NCBI GenBank assembly: GCA_036491055.1
Contig: DASXCT010000016.1
Coordinates: 982-64,981 of the forward strand
Length of the DNA: 64,000 bases
From: Allosphingosinicella sp.
GTDB lineage: Bacteria; Pseudomonadota; Alphaproteobacteria; Sphingomonadales; Sphingomonadaceae
Direction of reading: 5' to 3'
The notes beneath the pieces are model-generated. The model saw nothing but the letters and a program-made list of their open reading frames with translations. It was not told where the DNA came from and did no database searches. This document shows positions 19,357-29,510 of the stretch, one piece after another. The stretch's first letter is position 1. Every line of letters starts with the position of its first letter. Both the position numbers and the translations under genes were made by a program.

Positions 19357-21414
19357 ATGTTCGCGTTGCAGCCGCCGGCGGCGGTCCAGCCGGCTCCGGC
19401 GGACGACAGGTCCGACGTCATCGAGGTGGTCGGGACCCGCCTCGACCAGGTCCAGAAGATCGACCGGCGCAGCTATCAGGTGAAGGAGACGCCACACGCG
19501 GCGCAGCAGGACATGCTGCAGCTGCTGCGCGGGCTGCCGGCGGTCACCATCTCGCCCGAGGACGAGATCATGCTGCTCGGATCGGGCAATGTGACGATCA
19601 CGGTCGACGGGCGGCCGCTTCATGTGCTCGACGTCGGCCAATATCTGCGCACGCTCCACGGCAGCGACATCGAGCGGATCGAGATCATCACCAACCCGTC
19701 CGCCCAATATTCGGCCGCGGGCACGGGCGGGGTCATCAACATCGTGCTGAGGAAGAAGCGCAACGACGGCGTCACCGGCTCGGCCAGCGTCGAAGCCTCC
19801 AGCTACGGGCGCGGCGAGGCGAGCGGGTCGGTCAAGTCGAAAAAGGGACGGTGGACGTTCGAGCTCCAGGCGCAGGGCGACGACGGCCGCACCAGCCGCA
19901 GCACCTATCATTCGCTGCGCACGATCGCGCCGGCCGGCGGCGGCGCGCCGACGGTCAACACCCAGGACGGGGACAATCGCTCGCGGGCAGCCTGGACGTC
20001 GATCGACGCCAAGATCAGCTACGATCTCGACCCCGGGACCAGCCTTTCGCTCGACTCGTTCGGCGGCTTCTGGCGCAACCGGACGACGGGCGAGGACGAT
20101 TATCGCGGGCTGACGCCGGACTTCCAATCCTTCTCCGAGCGCCGGACGCAGCGCAATGAGGGGACCTTCCTCGGCAGCCAGCTCGCGCTCGACCACAAAG
20201 GCGCGCGGGAAGGCGAGATGCTGAAGGCGAGCGCGCAGGTCTACGGCAATCCGCGAAGCGACCAGGACGCTCGGATGGACCTCAGCGACGGCGGCGCGCT
20301 GGCGAGCGACCGGCATGACGGCCTGCTGTTCACCGACGCCCAGGCCGATTGGGAGCATCCGATCGGCAAGAAGGAGATATTGTCGCTCGGTGCGCACTGG
20401 TTCCTGCAGGATTTCCACCACCATTATGCGTTCATGGGCTCGGGCGATCCGTCGCTCGATTTCAGCGCCGCGGACGCCTATGTCGCGGTCGACCGGACCG
20501 CCTCCGCTTACGCGACCTTCCAGCAGGCGATCGGGAGCTGGACCTTCATGCCGGGCCTGAGGGTGGAGCAGGACAGCCGCAGCATCTCCAGCCCCGGCCG
20601 GCCCTATGTCCGGATCGAGCGCACCGATCTGTTCCCGACCTTCCATGCCGAGCACCGGTTCGGCAAGGCGATCGACCTGACGCTCAGCTACAGCCGGCGC
20701 ATCGACCGGCCGGGGATGGACCAGCTCCATCCTTACCCGATCGTCACCGGGCCGCTCTCGATCACGCAGGGCAATCCGGACCTTCGCGACCAGTCGACCG
20801 ACGCCTGGGAAGCGAATTTGCATTATCACCGCCGCAAGCTCGACATCGGCCTGATCCTCTACGACCGCGAGACGCGCGGGCTGTGGGGCCAGGCCTTTTC
20901 GGTCGATGCCGACGGGATCAATGTCGACATGCCGATCAATGCCGGCCGCAAATCGGACCGGGGCGCGGAATTCGACGTCGGAACGCCTCTGCTGCGCCGC
21001 GTCAAGCTGACGACCAGCCTCAATTTGTTCGACAGCCGCGTGCCGATCGGCGGCCCGAACGATGGGGCAGCGGGCAGCGCAAGCGACGAGACGCTGCGCT
21101 TCACCGCCAATATGACGCTCGAATGGGACGGGTCCGAGCATCACGGCCGCGCGGGTGACGTCGCCCAGCTCCAATTCTATTATAACAGCCCACAGCGGAC
21201 GTTCGAGAATCGCATAGGCAGCTTTTTCCTGCCGATCCTCAGCGTCACGCACAGCCTGACGCGCAAGCTGGCGGTCACCGCGACCCTGTCGGGTTATGGG
21301 CTGATCGACCGCCGCTACGACGTGTCGTCGCCTTTGCTGCAGGAACGGACGATTTCGGGCGGGCGCCGGCCCGAGTTCAGGCTGAAGCTGGTGAAAACGT
21401 TCGGTGGATCGTGA
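19357..21414 (+). CDS. TonB-dependent receptor / outer-membrane beta-barrel
   Basis: Plug motif IERIEIITNPSAQYSAAGTGGVINIVLRK; GNPDLR; C-terminal FRLKLVKTF. Confidence 0.9.
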   Translation: MFALQPPAAVQPAPADDRSDVIEVVGTRLDQVQKIDRRSYQVKETPHAAQQDMLQLLRGLPAVTISPEDEIMLLGSGNVTITVDGRPLHVLDVGQYLRTLHGSDIERIEIITNPSAQYSAAGTGGVINIVLRKKRNDGVTGSASVEASSYGRGEASGSVKSKKGRWTFELQAQGDDGRTSRSTYHSLRTIAPAGGGAPTVNTQDGDNRSRAAWTSIDAKISYDLDPGTSLSLDSFGGFWRNRTTGEDDYRGLTPDFQSFSERRTQRNEGTFLGSQLALDHKGAREGEMLKASAQVYGNPRSDQDARMDLSDGGALASDRHDGLLFTDAQADWEHPIGKKEILSLGAHWFLQDFHHHYAFMGSGDPSLDFSAADAYVAVDRTASAYATFQQAIGSWTFMPGLRVEQDSRSISSPGRPYVRIERTDLFPTFHAEHRFGKAIDLTLSYSRRIDRPGMDQLHPYPIVTGPLSITQGNPDLRDQSTDAWEANLHYHRRKLDIGLILYDRETRGLWGQAFSVDADGINVDMPINAGRKSDRGAEFDVGTPLLRRVKLTTSLNLFDSRVPIGGPNDGAAGSASDETLRFTANMTLEWDGSEHHGRAGDVAQLQFYYNSPQRTFENRIGSFFLPILSVTHSLTRKLAVTATLSGYGLIDRRYDVSSPLLQERTISGGRRPEFRLKLVKTFGGS

Positions 21415-22079
21415 TGATGTCCGGTACGGGAGGTTTTGAAATGCGTGGATTCTCGCCCCTCTGGATCGGACTGTTCCTGCTCGCCGCTGCTGCGCCGGCC
21501 GCCGCGAAGACGGTGACGATCGCGGACGGCACGGCCGAGGTGCAGGTCACCGACCGGCCGGTGCAAAGCCGGTGCGTGGTGGTCGTATCGAGCGGCTCCA
21601 ATGCGCGCGATGCCGATGCCTGCGCGCGGGCGCTGGCGGCGGTGCCGGTCGAAGCGGGCGGGCTGCCGCCGGGCGCATTCCTCTTTCCCGGGCGGGATCG
21701 GCTTTACGCGGACGGCGCGTGCGTCGAGGCCGGCGGGGCGCCGGTTGCGGATCGCTTCGCCGCGGCCTGCGCGGCGATGCTCAAGACCATGGGTGAGGCG
21801 CGGGTCGCCATGGCGATCGATCCGGAAACCTGGGTTCGGCCGGGCGACCTCCGCAGCCGCGATGTGCATGGGGGCTCGATCAACCTTTCGATCGGCGTCG
21901 GCCCGGACGGAAAGGCAAGCTACTGCGTGCCGATCCGTTCGAGCGGCAGCGACAGGCTCGACAAAACATTGTGCGCGGCGATCCTCGAGCGCGCGCGATT
22001 CGAGCCGGCGCTGGACGAGAAGGGGCGGCCGATGCCGTCCGCTTATGCGCGGCAGTTCCGCTTTCCAGCCGCCGATTGA
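21411..22079 (+). CDS. TonB C-terminal domain protein (energy transducer-like)
   Basis: IGVGPDGKASYC...SSGSDRLDKTLC...RFEPALDEKGRP. Confidence 0.8.
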   Translation: MMMSGTGGFEMRGFSPLWIGLFLLAAAAPAAAKTVTIADGTAEVQVTDRPVQSRCVVVVSSGSNARDADACARALAAVPVEAGGLPPGAFLFPGRDRLYADGACVEAGGAPVADRFAAACAAMLKTMGEARVAMAIDPETWVRPGDLRSRDVHGGSINLSIGVGPDGKASYCVPIRSSGSDRLDKTLCAAILERARFEPALDEKGRPMPSAYARQFRFPAAD

Positions 22080-22153
22080 GGAGGCTCGGGCCCCGGTTGG
22101 CGGAGCCGCCGAACATCGTCAGGGCCTTTTGGGAGAGGAACAATCGCCCGGTT

Positions 22154-22558
22154 TTACGCCACCGGGCGAGACCAAGCGTTCCTGAGCAGGTTCGCCAAAG
22201 CGAGCATTTGCCATGCCACCCAGAGGCCGAACCACAGGGCCACGCCGGCGGTTTCGAAGGCCCACATCTTCAGGAAATATTCGCGCTCGGCGCCGAATAT
22301 GTTGCGCAGCAAAAGCAGGTCCAGCATCGCGGCAATGATCAGGATGGCGGCGTCGATCCCGATCGCGCGTGACGACGCGGCGAAGGCGCGGATGAAGGTT
22401 GCAGGATAGAGGGGCAGCAAAGCGAGCGTGAACCAGAAGGGCGCAACCCAGCCATGCCCTGCGCCGGCGACGCCCAGGCCGAGCAATAAAGTGGCGAACC
22501 AGGCCAGTAGGCCGAGCCCGCCCCAGACGACCAACCGTTTGCGCCGCCCCTTCGCCAT
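22154..22558 (-). CDS. Hypothetical membrane protein
   Basis: Four hydrophobic segments. Confidence 0.6.
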   Translation of the reverse strand: MAKGRRKRLVVWGGLGLLAWFATLLLGLGVAGAGHGWVAPFWFTLALLPLYPATFIRAFAASSRAIGIDAAILIIAAMLDLLLLRNIFGAEREYFLKMWAFETAGVALWFGLWVAWQMLALANLLRNAWSRPVA

Positions 22559-22630
22559 CGGCCGAAATTGGCAGAGGCCGAGGCCGTCCGCAACGGCGAG
22601 CGGAATAAGCCTGCCCGATTCCGGAATGCG

Positions 22631-23230
22631 TCACGACCGCGCGAAAACGAGCAAAGGTTCGATATCGTGCGCATCGGCGGCGCGCTGTGCAGCGATATAG
22701 CGATTGCGGGCCTCGCCCGGATCGATGGGGCTGGCGCTCCAGGTGAAGCGCGGCGCGCCGAGCCGGGTTATGAGGAGGTCGGCGGCGAGCCGGCCATGGC
22801 GGCCATTGCCGTTGGGAAAGGGATGGATGAGCACCAGCCGGTGATGGAACCGAACGGCGATCTCGTCGGGGGAATAGGTCCCTTTTTCCACCCAGTAATG
22901 GGTGTCGCCGAGCAACTGGCGCAGATCGAGCGGGATCATGACGCTGTCGGAGCCGATCCGGCGATTCTTCTCGCGCGAATATTCGCCTGCCCAGGACCAG
23001 ACCCGGCCGAACATCCGCTTGTGAAGCGCGCGCAGGACGCTTTCGTCGAGGACGTCGCGACCGCGGCTGAACGCCCAGCGCTCGCCTTCGAGGATGTTGG
23101 CCTGCTCAACCTCGTTCAACTCGTGCCGAAGGGCGATCCAGCTCGGGATGAGCCCCGTTTTCTCTTCATGCGAGAGCGGGGTGTTGCCGTCCTCGTCCGA
23201 GAACAGGTCGACCGTCACGATTCGTCCCAC
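22631..23230 (-). CDS. Mobile mystery protein B (Fic domain)
   Basis: HPFPNGNGRHGR Fic motif; TPLSHEEKTGLIP..ELNEVEQANI N-terminus; overlaps protein A gene. Confidence 0.9.
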   Translation of the reverse strand: MGRIVTVDLFSDEDGNTPLSHEEKTGLIPSWIALRHELNEVEQANILEGERWAFSRGRDVLDESVLRALHKRMFGRVWSWAGEYSREKNRRIGSDSVMIPLDLRQLLGDTHYWVEKGTYSPDEIAVRFHHRLVLIHPFPNGNGRHGRLAADLLITRLGAPRFTWSASPIDPGEARNRYIAAQRAADAHDIEPLLVFARS

Positions 23231-23688
23231 AGGCGTCTGGGATCGCCCGCGAGCAGCTCGTCGACCAGGCGTTCCCGTTCGGCCGCAAGCGCGGCGCGGT
23301 CGAGCCCCTGATTCTCCAGGGCCATGCTGTGGCTGATGGGCGCAAGCAGCCGCTCGGCGACGCGCGCGGCGCGCTCACGCAGGATTTCGTCCAGGGGACG
23401 GTTGGGCACGAGTGCGTAGACGAGGGTGCAATCCATCGCCGCTGCCGCCTCCCGGAGCAGCTTGAGCGTAATGGCGTCGTTCGCCTCGTTCTTTTCGAGG
23501 ACGGTGACGTTCGAGTGGGCCCGGCCGAGCCTGGCGCCGAGCTGGCGCGTGGTGAGGCCGAGCGCATCCCGAACGGCCCGGACCCATCCTCTTGGCGGGC
23601 GCTCGAAATCGGCGATGGCGCGGATCGGAGTGAAGCGCCGTTCGAGGTGCTTGCGGGCGAGGGCTTTCGTATTCATGGTCCATTCCAT
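23215..23688 (-). CDS. Mobile mystery protein A (Xre HTH); likely start 23676
   Basis: PPRGWVRAVRDALGLTTRQLG..., ITLKLLREAAAAMDCTLVYALVP, HSMALENQ. Confidence 0.9.
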   Translation of the reverse strand: MEWTMNTKALARKHLERRFTPIRAIADFERPPRGWVRAVRDALGLTTRQLGARLGRAHSNVTVLEKNEANDAITLKLLREAAAAMDCTLVYALVPNRPLDEILRERAARVAERLLAPISHSMALENQGLDRAALAAERERLVDELLAGDPRRLWDES

Positions 23689-23831
23689 TGGAGCGGTATC
23701 GCCTTATTAGGTATCATGTAATAGACCATAAAGCAACAATTTGGTTCGTTATAATGGAACGGAGCTAGGCGATTGACGGAAGGTCGATTGCGCGCTCAAC
23801 TCGCGCATGCCGTTCGAAGGGGAGCAGGAAC

Positions 23832-24338
23832 ATGTCGCGTCGCTTCAGGATTGCCGGCCTTGCGCTGGTGCTCGCTCTCTCTGCGCGGGCCGATGCGGCG
23901 GGCTGGGCGCTCGCGCCGGCGGCCGGAGGGCACGGGGCGGTGCTGACCTTCGGGGCGGGGGCGCCGCTCTCCTACCGGTTCGAATGCGCGGCCGACGCCG
24001 TGATCGTCACCGAGACCGGGGTCACCAAGCTCCTCGACGTCAAGACGGGCAACAGGATCGGCGACGATGCGCAGGCGGCGATGCCGCCCGGCGCGGCGAT
24101 GATGGCGCTGTTCGCGGGCAAGGGCGAACCCGACTTCCGGCCGGCCGAGGCGGCGAAGAATCCGGCGGGCGGCTGGGACCTCACCATCCGGCTACCGAAG
24201 GGCGACAAGCAATTGAAGGCGGCCGCGCGGAGCGAGACGATCTCGCTGTTCACCACCGGCGAGACCGCGGCCGTCCCGATGGATGCCGACGCGCGGGCGA
24301 AGTGGAACGATTTCCTGCGAAGCTGCAATGCGGGCTGA
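23832..24338 (+). CDS. Hypothetical exported protein
   Basis: Signal peptide; good RBS (ggagcagga). Confidence 0.65.
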   Translation: MSRRFRIAGLALVLALSARADAAGWALAPAAGGHGAVLTFGAGAPLSYRFECAADAVIVTETGVTKLLDVKTGNRIGDDAQAAMPPGAAMMALFAGKGEPDFRPAEAAKNPAGGWDLTIRLPKGDKQLKAAARSETISLFTTGETAAVPMDADARAKWNDFLRSCNAG

Positions 24339-24393
24339 GCGGGTGGCGTCAATCCGCGACGGACATCTAGGTTGTAGCAGTCAAATAATCATG

Positions 24394-25146
24394 TCAGCGG
24401 TTTGCGCCTGCAACCGAGGTTATCACCGCGGGCGGCGCGTTTGGCTTCGTGGAAGTTTGCGACGGCGCGCTGGCCGTGCGCGGCAGTCCAGGATTCTGTA
24501 GGCGAACCGCTGGGAAACTGATTCGTTTCTCAGTAGCTCTTTTCGCCTTTTCTGCCGCTTTTTCCGCTCGCTTGCTCTGCCAGTTGGCCCACCAGCTCTT
24601 GAACGCACCAAATGCTTTTCGGCGATACGCGGCGCCGGCATCCTCGGCTGCCATTGCGACTGGTGCCACGATCTTCATGGTGGCTTGGGCGATGGCATCG
24701 TCGGACACGCCATCGACCAGCTGGATATAGCGGCATTGCCGGCGGCAGGATTCAATGGCCTCTGCATAAGCCGTTCCACCCTTTCGGAAGGCTCGAATGA
24801 GGTGCTGAACTGATTTGGATATACCCTCGCCGATGCCGATGACGATTTCCGCGTGCTCGCTGCGCAAAATTTCGGCGATTCGTTTGCGATCGGCCATTGG
24901 CCCTTTTGGGCCGTAAAGCGTCAGGATCGCGACGAGCTTCCTGAGCGACATGCGCTCAGCCTCGCTCAATTCCGCGAGCCCTTTCACCTCGGTTCCAAAG
25001 AATTTGAGCTTGGCGAGTGCCGCAACAATTCTAGGCGTCGCGAGTAGGATTATGGTGCCAAGTCCGAGACCTAACCCAACTCCAAAACCGATGCCAAAAG
25101 TAAAGAATGGAATGGTCGGTGAGATGAATTCCCAAAGGGCGTGCAT
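24394..25146 (-). CDS. Hypothetical protein with N-terminal transmembrane helix, AT-richer than flanks
   Basis: Long ORF in visibly lower-GC DNA; RBS GGGGGA before MHALWEF. Confidence 0.6.
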   Translation of the reverse strand: MHALWEFISPTIPFFTFGIGFGVGLGLGLGTIILLATPRIVAALAKLKFFGTEVKGLAELSEAERMSLRKLVAILTLYGPKGPMADRKRIAEILRSEHAEIVIGIGEGISKSVQHLIRAFRKGGTAYAEAIESCRRQCRYIQLVDGVSDDAIAQATMKIVAPVAMAAEDAGAAYRRKAFGAFKSWWANWQSKRAEKAAEKAKRATEKRISFPAVRLQNPGLPRTASAPSQTSTKPNAPPAVITSVAGANR

Positions 25147-25447
25147 GTCCTGTCCCCCGTGCACCGATTCAAGAATTATCATCTATTGCTGCTCTGAGGA
25201 ATAGGTGACGCTGCCATTTTATTATCTAACGCAGGAGAGGAGGCAGGGCTAATCTCGACACGTCTGCGTTGGTGCAAGCCCCCTTCCAAGCTTAGACGGG
25301 CGTGTCGCGGGTCCGCGGGCTCAGCGTGCCCGCCGCCAGCGGCGCCACGCTACCCACGCCGGCACGAACAAGGCGCTCTTGAGTGCGCGGCCAGCTATCG
25401 GCAGATTGCGCACATCGGGAGCGCGCCGGTCCGCACTGGGGGTGATT

Positions 25448-25981
25448 ATGTTCGTGGGATTGTCGGCAAGTGGGGTCGTCCTCCGCCGCGTCCGCCTCGT
25501 CGCCGGGGTGGCGGCGTTGGCGGCGGGCGTGGCCGGGTGCGGGAGCGGGGGTTCGAAGCAGGCGGGGCGGCCGGAGCGGGGCGCCTTTCCATGCACGCCT
25601 TCTTATGTCCATGACGGGGATACGTTCCGCTGCACCGACGGGACGCGGATCCGGGTGGCCGGCATCAATGCGCGCGAGATCGCGCATGAGGGGGCCGAGA
25701 CCCATGACAATGGCTGCAATCCGGGCGCGCCTTGTCCCCAGGTCGATGCGGTGGCGGCGCGGGAGAAGCTTGTCCGTCTGCTCGGGACGCCCGGCGCGAT
25801 CGACGATTATGGCAACGAGCATGTCAGCGGTCCGCCCTTGAGCTGCGATCCGAACGGCATGTCCTATGACCGGATCGCGGCCTTCTGCTTCACTGGGAGC
25901 GGGACCGACATTTCCTGCGCGATGGTGGCGGGCGGGGCGGCGGCGACCTGGCCGCGTTACTGGAAAGACCATCGCTGCTGA
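25448..25981 (+). CDS. Thermonuclease (SNase) family lipoprotein
   Basis: Lipobox VAGC; VHDGDTF..IRVAGINARE, SYDR motifs. Confidence 0.8.
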   Translation: MFVGLSASGVVLRRVRLVAGVAALAAGVAGCGSGGSKQAGRPERGAFPCTPSYVHDGDTFRCTDGTRIRVAGINAREIAHEGAETHDNGCNPGAPCPQVDAVAAREKLVRLLGTPGAIDDYGNEHVSGPPLSCDPNGMSYDRIAAFCFTGSGTDISCAMVAGGAAATWPRYWKDHRC

Positions 25982-26029
25982 TCCCGTGGCTTGCCTGGCG
26001 ATGCCGTGTTGTTGGAGGCGCCGTAATTT

Positions 26030-26297
26030 TGTCACGCGAAGGCGCGAAGGCGCGAAGAAAAAGGCAAGGAAGCGGCTTCGCCGAAAGGGTATTGGAGCCG
26101 CGGACTCTCTGCGTCTCTGCGTCTCTGCGCGAACCAGATAGGGACTCTGGGACCGCTACGCCGTCGTCGGTTCGTGGCATCGATGCTGCTGATTGTTCGC
26201 GCAGAGACGCAGAGACGCAGAGAAGGAAAAGAAAATTGATTGCGGCTTCGCCGCGAACGCGCGGGAGCAGCGGACCCTTCGCGCCTTTGTGTGAACC
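26030..26297. repeat. Composite family B repeats (GCAGAGACG and GCGAAGGC arrays)
   Basis: cgcgaaggcgcgaaggcgcgaag at 26035; ctctgcgtctctgcgtctctgcgcgaac near 26107; gttcgcgcagagacgcagagacgcagag near 26195. Confidence 0.75.
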
Positions 26298-26352
26298 GGA
26301 AGCAGCGTTGCCGCCCGCGCCGAGGCCGGCGATCAGGGCGGCGGGGCGGCTG

Positions 26353-29136
26353 TCAGGGGAAGAGCTTCGGCAGAGCGTCGAGGAGGCGGTCCATGCTCAG
26401 GCCGCCGAGGCGGCGGTAGGATTCCCATTGGGCTTCGTCGAAAGACTGGTCGATCGTGGGTTGCTGGGGGAAATCCTTGTTGGCCGTCGCATAGCCGAGG
26501 ATGTCGGGCGGGACGTCGGCGAGCAGGCGCGGCTTGATCCAGAGGAGGTGGATCGTCGCGTCGTCGAACGCGGCTTCCAGGACCAGATAGGAAGCGGGCT
26601 CGGACGGCCTGGCGAAGGCCTTGCGCCAATCCCTGTCCGCGTCGGGATCGACGAAGAGTATATGGTCTTTCGGGTGGCAGCCCCAAGCCCTGAGTTGCGC
26701 CTTGCGGGCCGTGCCGCCCAGGATCCGGATCTCGCCGCCGAGATCGATGCGGGTCGTGCGGACGAGCGTCTCCAGATTGGCGAAGACATGGTCCGGATCG
26801 GCGGCATTGTCGCTGACCAGGATGAGCGGGACGCGCCGCTTCAGCAGCCTATAGGCGCCGGTATTTTCGAAATGGCCGCCGTCGGTCAGATATTTGCGGC
26901 TGCGGCGCCGCGAATAATGGGCGATCATCTCGTCGCGGAGGTAAAGGAAGGTTTCGAACGGCCTTTGCCATTGGCGCCGCCTGAAATCGGGATCGACGCC
27001 GGGCGACCACCACCAATAGCCGAGCCGGACATTGGCGAAGCTGAGCGCGAGCGCATAGCCGAGATGGGTGAGGCGGCCCATGCCGCTCGAGACGGCCGCG
27101 CCCGAGATCGCGCACCATTGGCCGAGGCTAAGATGCTCGGCGCAATCGCGCTTACCGAGCGCGGTCCAGCCGACGGCGCGATCGATGCCGATCTCGACGC
27201 CTTTGGGCGTCAGCGTCAGCATCTCGCCCTTGCGGTCGCGCTCGACCAGTTGGGAGCGGGGGTCGACCGTCTCGTTGAGCGTGGTGTTGATGAGGTGAAG
27301 CGGCGCCGGCAGGTCGAGCCGGCTGTAGAGCTCCGGTCTGATATAGTCGCCCGGATCGTTCTCGGTGATGCCGGAGCCGCGATGGGCGGCCGCCACCTTT
27401 TCGAGCCGGCCCATGTTGCTCGCGCCGAGATAGGCGCGGGTCAGGCGGGCGGCGTAGAGGCCGTGCAACGACGACAGGTTGATGAAGCCGGTCGAGCCGC
27501 CGGCGATCAGCGCCAGCACGGCGATCGCGGCGGCGAGCAGCAGGAACAGGCGCCACTGGATCTGGCTCTGCCAGCCCGGTCCGCTCCAGGCGACATGGTG
27601 AAGCACCGCGCCGACCATGATCGCGACCGCGCCGTAGAGGATGAAGCCGGCAGCGAAGGCGAGCGGCTGCAGCAGCGTGCGGAGCAGGGCGCCGGCCTTA
27701 CCCTTGCCCTTGCCCTCGAACCAGCCGGGCAGCTTGTTGATCAGGAAGGCGAGCAGCGGCACGAGGGCGGCGGCGAGCGCGGAGAAACGGCTCGTCGTGG
27801 CGAACCAGGAATCGAGGGCGACGGCGCTGCTGTCGATCAGGGCGACGACCAGGATACGCAGCAGCCAGAGATTGCTGACGGCGAGCGCGGTGAGGCGGCG
27901 GCGCGTTTCGGCGGTGAGGAGGGCGGATCTGCCTTCGCCGATCTGCGTCCAGCCGGCCACGAGCAGGGCAAGGAAGCAGGCAGCCGCCGCGGCGGCAAGG
28001 CCGGCCGCGACGAGCGACGGGAAGCCGAAATGCCAATGGCCGGCGCGATCGAGCAGCGGCCAGGCGAGCATCGGCGGCCAGGAAGGACGGTGCGGGAACC
28101 GGCCGATCCATTCGTCGGCGAGCAGGATCAGCACGAGCCCGGCCAGCATCGCCGCCACCGCGGCGCCGAGATTGAGCCAGAGCCGCGGCCACGCTTTCTC
28201 GTTGGGGGACATCGCCTCGGTCATCCAATAAGCGATGCCGAAGACGATCGAGGCGAGCAAAGGGAGGATGGCAAGCGCCGCGATCGGGCTGACCGGGACG
28301 AAATGGAGAGGCGGCGGGAGCGGATGGGCGGCGGCGCAGAGGGTGCAGGGCGGCGGCGGGGCGGATGGGAGCGGGACCCAGGTCCAGCCGAACGGAACAT
28401 GCCATAGGCGCGCGAGCCAGCCTTCGGCGAGGATCGGCACGGCGAGGATGAGGGCGGCCGCGAGCGCGAAGACATAGAGCATCGCGATCCAGTTGCGCGC
28501 CAGATAGGCGACGGCGTAGCCGTAATCGCCGAGCCCGTTGGGGGCGAGATAGCGGCTATGCTCGCGCAGCCACCAGATCGGGTTGCGGACGCCCCTTCCC
28601 CCGTCGGAGCGCGGCCAGTCGAGCCGCCTTTCGCAGGCCCGGCTGGCCAGCGCCTCGTGCGCGAATTCATATTGGGTCTCGATCGATTGCGGCCAGTCTG
28701 GCGGCAGGACGATCGTGTCCGCGCCGCCTTCATCCTCGATCCGGACCTGTGGCGCGATCCCGCGCGCCGCGCCCGGCACGAACAGGCTGCGCAGGAAGCA
28801 GCCGATATAGCCGCCGCCCGAGACGGTGGAGAGGATGTCGATCCTGCCGAGCGCGTTCCGAGCCCAGCCGCGGGCGGGCCTTCGCGCGAGCGCCTGGATC
28901 AGGCCGAGCGAGAAGGTGGCGCTGCGGATGCCGCCGCCCGACAAAGCGAGGCCGACCAGGCTTTGGCGCAGCGCCCGGTCCTCCGGCGTCTTCTCTTCGG
29001 GGTGCGGCGCTGCGTTGTCGCTTGCCCGCCTGGTCGCGTCCCGCGTGGGCCTGCTTTCCCACCATTCGCGCACCCGGGCCCGATGCGCGACGAGCGCCGC
29101 CACCGCATCGCGGTCGATGCCGGTCCGCTCGGTCAT
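26353..29136 (-). CDS. Patatin/cPLA2-like phospholipase with many transmembrane helices
   Basis: GLALSGGGIRSATF, STVSGGGY nucleophile, LTDGGHFEN; about ten hydrophobic segments; FPQQPTIDQSFDEAQWESY. Confidence 0.85.
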   Translation of the reverse strand: MTERTGIDRDAVAALVAHRARVREWWESRPTRDATRRASDNAAPHPEEKTPEDRALRQSLVGLALSGGGIRSATFSLGLIQALARRPARGWARNALGRIDILSTVSGGGYIGCFLRSLFVPGAARGIAPQVRIEDEGGADTIVLPPDWPQSIETQYEFAHEALASRACERRLDWPRSDGGRGVRNPIWWLREHSRYLAPNGLGDYGYAVAYLARNWIAMLYVFALAAALILAVPILAEGWLARLWHVPFGWTWVPLPSAPPPPCTLCAAAHPLPPPLHFVPVSPIAALAILPLLASIVFGIAYWMTEAMSPNEKAWPRLWLNLGAAVAAMLAGLVLILLADEWIGRFPHRPSWPPMLAWPLLDRAGHWHFGFPSLVAAGLAAAAAACFLALLVAGWTQIGEGRSALLTAETRRRLTALAVSNLWLLRILVVALIDSSAVALDSWFATTSRFSALAAALVPLLAFLINKLPGWFEGKGKGKAGALLRTLLQPLAFAAGFILYGAVAIMVGAVLHHVAWSGPGWQSQIQWRLFLLLAAAIAVLALIAGGSTGFINLSSLHGLYAARLTRAYLGASNMGRLEKVAAAHRGSGITENDPGDYIRPELYSRLDLPAPLHLINTTLNETVDPRSQLVERDRKGEMLTLTPKGVEIGIDRAVGWTALGKRDCAEHLSLGQWCAISGAAVSSGMGRLTHLGYALALSFANVRLGYWWWSPGVDPDFRRRQWQRPFETFLYLRDEMIAHYSRRRSRKYLTDGGHFENTGAYRLLKRRVPLILVSDNAADPDHVFANLETLVRTTRIDLGGEIRILGGTARKAQLRAWGCHPKDHILFVDPDADRDWRKAFARPSEPASYLVLEAAFDDATIHLLWIKPRLLADVPPDILGYATANKDFPQQPTIDQSFDEAQWESYRRLGGLSMDRLLDALPKLFP

Positions 29137-29510
29137 GCGGCGGCGCCGAGCCGGCGCTGCGAAAGCGCATCGTCCATATCGAGCCGTCCCCCATTCCTGC
29201 GGCTGGAAAGGAACGCGAAAAGCTACGGGGTCTGGAAATCGAAGTATAGCGGGAAAATACGATTGGAATGGAAGAATCCGGCCGCTTGTCCGGCGTCAGG
29301 GACGTCGGGCTGCGACGCTTAAACCCGCGCCGCAGCCCCGCGGCCGATTGTTAACATCGCTTAGAAGCCTGGAATCGCAAGCAAGTTTTCTTAAATCTTC
29401 TTTAGAATCCTGCTCTTGTTCCTTTCGCTGCTGGTCCCTGCCCACGAATCGTGTCATGGTTGCATTCCGGTCTCTGCTCGTGGGGGATTTCGGCAGGAGG
29501 GGAGGGGGAG

